Assembly (NCBI RefSeq): GCF_009914755.1
Contig: NC_060931.1
DNA length: 64,000 bases
Reading direction: 5' to 3' (one strand)
Source: the human T2T-CHM13v2.0 reference genome, Homo sapiens
Positions 61,225 to 64,000 of the stretch are shown here, in pieces. The translations under genes were made by a program, and so were the position numbers. Numbering within the stretch: position 1 is the first letter of the stretch; each line of letters begins with the position of its first letter. The notes beneath the pieces are model-generated. The model did not search any database. It was not told the origin of the DNA and was given only the letters and a program-made list of their open reading frames with translations.

Positions 61225-62500
61225 TTTCAAATACATAATTTTGTTTTATTTTGAAACAATCTCACACCTACAGAAAAGTTGCAATTATAATACAAAGAGC
61301 TTCCCCCTCGCCTGAACTGTTTGATAGTAAGTTGCCAAACTGATATACCCACGATCCCCAAATGCTTCAGTGTATTTCCTCCCAGCAAGGACATTCTCCT
61401 GCATAACCACAATACAACCATAAAAGTCAGGAGATTAACACCAGTTCATTTTGACCATCTGAAATTCAGGTGTCATTCATGTTTTGCCAGTTGTTCTTTG
61501 TATGTTCTTCATAGCAAAAAAAAAAAAAAAAAGATTTAAATGCAAGCATTACACTTAAGTGTGGTGTCTCTGTGGTCTCTTTCTGTCTGGAATAGTTCCT
61601 AAGTCTTCCTTGCACTTTAGTGCTTTTAAAGATTGCAGGCCAGTTATTTTGTAGAATGTTCCTTGATTTGGGTTTGTCTGATGTTTCCTCATAATTAGAT
61701 TCAAGTTACTTACCTTTGGCAGGAATATCAGGGATAATACTCTGTTCCAATTGCATCCTGATGTTCACTTTGATCACCTGATTGACTGTTGTCTGCCAGC
61801 CTTCTTCACTGTGAAATGATACATTTTTTCTTTTTAATTAGTAAGATTTGGTAGGGAAATATTTTAAAACCATGTACATATCCCATTCTTCATTAATCTT
61901 CTGAATTATACTTTATTTGTATCAGTGTGGACTCAAGCCTTCTAATTTTGTTCTATTTGCTCTCGTTGTTTACTTTGCTGTTCATAATGTCCTAGATTTG
62001 GCCAGTGGAAGCCTCTTCAAATTGGTTTCTATGTTCTTTTGATGTGTTTGGGCACTTCCTTGCTTTCCGGCACAGCAAGATATTTCAAGATCATCTATAC
62101 TTTTCCTGCCCCAGTCCTAGGATAAACCATTTTTCAAGAAGCCCTGGTTACTTTTCCTGGAGAATAATATGTGGAAGTTAGAACCTGTGCTCTGGTCATG
62201 CTCAGTGCTATCAGGTGGCACTGCTACCAGGTCCTCTCAATGGACAAAGCAAGGGGTGTTAAGTTTGAATACACACATCCCTCCCCACACACACTCATAC
62301 ATATATACACATTTACATCTATATTTATTTCTGAACCTCCAGTTCTAATCCATACAGGTGTTTAAACTGATGCCTTCATTCTAATCCAACACTACATGGT
62401 TCATTCTAGTTTTTTTTTTCCTTTCATTTTTGCTACTCCCTTCTCAGCCAGTGAGAAAACTGGCTTACTATTCAATTGCAGTAGGTAACCAGTCATGTAT
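61225..62500 (-). mobile_element. Old L1MC/ME 3' region
   Basis: Motifs GGCCAGTTATTTTGTAGAATGT...TTTGGGTTTGTCTGATGTTTCCTCAT...TTTGGCAGGAATATCA. Confidence 0.7.
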
Positions 62501-63399
62501 CATTACGCTGTCTCCTTCACACATGGGCTCTGCGCTCCAGGCCAGCCCATGTAGAAGCCTATCTTCCTTGGTCCTACCTAGTGGCTTTAGTCTAAATTGT
62601 TCAAGAGAAAGGAGTAGATGAAATTATGTTCTTAACATATGTTTGTATTGCTTTTGGATTCTCAGTATGTCATCATTACAAATCCTCAGAGGGTGTTTCT
62701 GTGTGACTGGGGGAGGCAGACTAATATAAAGTGCTCAATAAATCTATTTGATCATGAATCTTGTCTTGCATGGATTGGATTTTCATTTTAAGAAATCATG
62801 ACTTTGTGAATATTAAGAGCATGACTTCTCCTTTGACCTTTACTCCATCATTTTGGTCTCAGATGGCTGGAGATAGCATATTCTTTTGTGAGCTGAGGAA
62901 GTCTTGACTGCTTGTGGCCTCCTGATCCTCAAAGAATAAACCATACTGATTTGCAATACTTGAGTTTCGCAATATTTGAGTTTTTCTTCAAGAAACAGAT
63001 TTTCTTGGAAGCACACAAAGTTTGATTTAAGGGACTTAATTCAGTGTGTCTATAGACCCTGGATTTCAGACAATTAATGCTGAGATGGGGAGGGAGAAGC
63101 AGGCACTGGGGAAAAAAGATCCAAAGAAGATAAGCCCAGGAGAGTAAGGAGGCTGATGGAATGTAAGACAAATTTACGAATGGAAGCCAGAGGTGGTCAC
63201 TATACTGCTTTGAAAACATCTTTACTTTCTCCAATAACCTTGAGCTGTTTCTTCCTGATTCTGACCTTGAGGATGGTGGTCAGGGGCAAAGTGCCCAAAG
63301 ATCTGAAAATATTCCACCAATTAGTGGTTTGTTTTTCCTGGAATAAATATGATAGTCTTAGATTTCACCAATTCCAGTAAAAAATTTCTATTTTCCCCC

Positions 63400-64000
63400 T
63401 TAACATTTTCTTTTATTTTACCCATCTTTAAATAAAAAAAAAAACTTCTCTTGATCTTACCAGCTGAAATCTCATTCTCCTCTTCTATTTAAAGCAAATC
63501 TCATGCTAACTACAATTTTTGTACTCCCATGCTCTCTTGAACACCCTCCAATCACTTTTGTCACCATTCTATTGAAAATACTCTGGTCAAAAGCAAGAAG
63601 CTCTACATTACTAATCAACCAATCTTTGATCAGTCCTCATCTTATTGTAGATTAATTCCCCAATCTTGATGCACTGTCTTCACTTGGCTTTCAACATGCT
63701 AGTCTTCTGGTTTTCCTTCTCCCACCTTATTTCCTCTCCTCAAGCCTTTTTGCTCTTTCTGCTCTTCTCTGGACTGCTAATAGTGGACTCTCCCAGGGCT
63801 CAGGCTCTCATCTCTTTATGTTCCTACCTATACCCTAATTTTGATATATACTGAATCTGACCATACCTCTACTGTTATTCTGGCCCAAACTTTTATTATG
63901 TCTCGGCTGGATGTTTATGATAGCCTCCTAACAGTTGTCCCCACTTCGGACCTTGCTCCCTTTAGTCTGTTCTCCACATAGAAACCCCAGGGGTTCTCTT
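63400..64000. mobile_element. L2-like remnant
   Basis: Pyrimidine-rich with TCTTCACTTGGCTTTC and ATAGCCTCCTAACAGTTGTCCC L2-type motifs. Confidence 0.55.

Overview
This is human (or near-identical primate) genomic DNA, recognisable from the translated exons as the 7p14.1 NME8 (TXNDC3) / SFRP4 / EPDR1 locus. It is not prokaryotic, so most short ORFs in the track are noise from Alu/L1 elements or CpG islands. The window holds three genes. (1) The 3' half of NME8 on +: eight coding exons from 578 to the stop at 32109, plus a non-coding last exon near 35261-35415, with all splice phases consistent. (2) The complete SFRP4 gene on -: six exons, 346 codons, CDS 51572 to 42487, convergent with NME8. 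(3) The CpG island, exon 1 and start of intron 1 of EPDR1 on +, divergent from SFRP4. Introns are dense with Alu, L1, MaLR/ERV LTRs and DNA transposons; repeat family names come from recalled consensus sequences and boundaries without TSDs are approximate. I found no CRISPR array, rRNA, tRNA or wholly new gene system. The best leads are an in-frame upstream AUG in SFRP4, an in-frame upstream extension and a second in-phase donor in EPDR1, exon-level relics of NDK-domain duplication in NME8 with loss of the catalytic His, an inverted L1 pair, a candidate CTCF/ARE module and a perfect palindrome between the convergent genes, and an unexplained direct repeat flanking SFRP4 exon 4.
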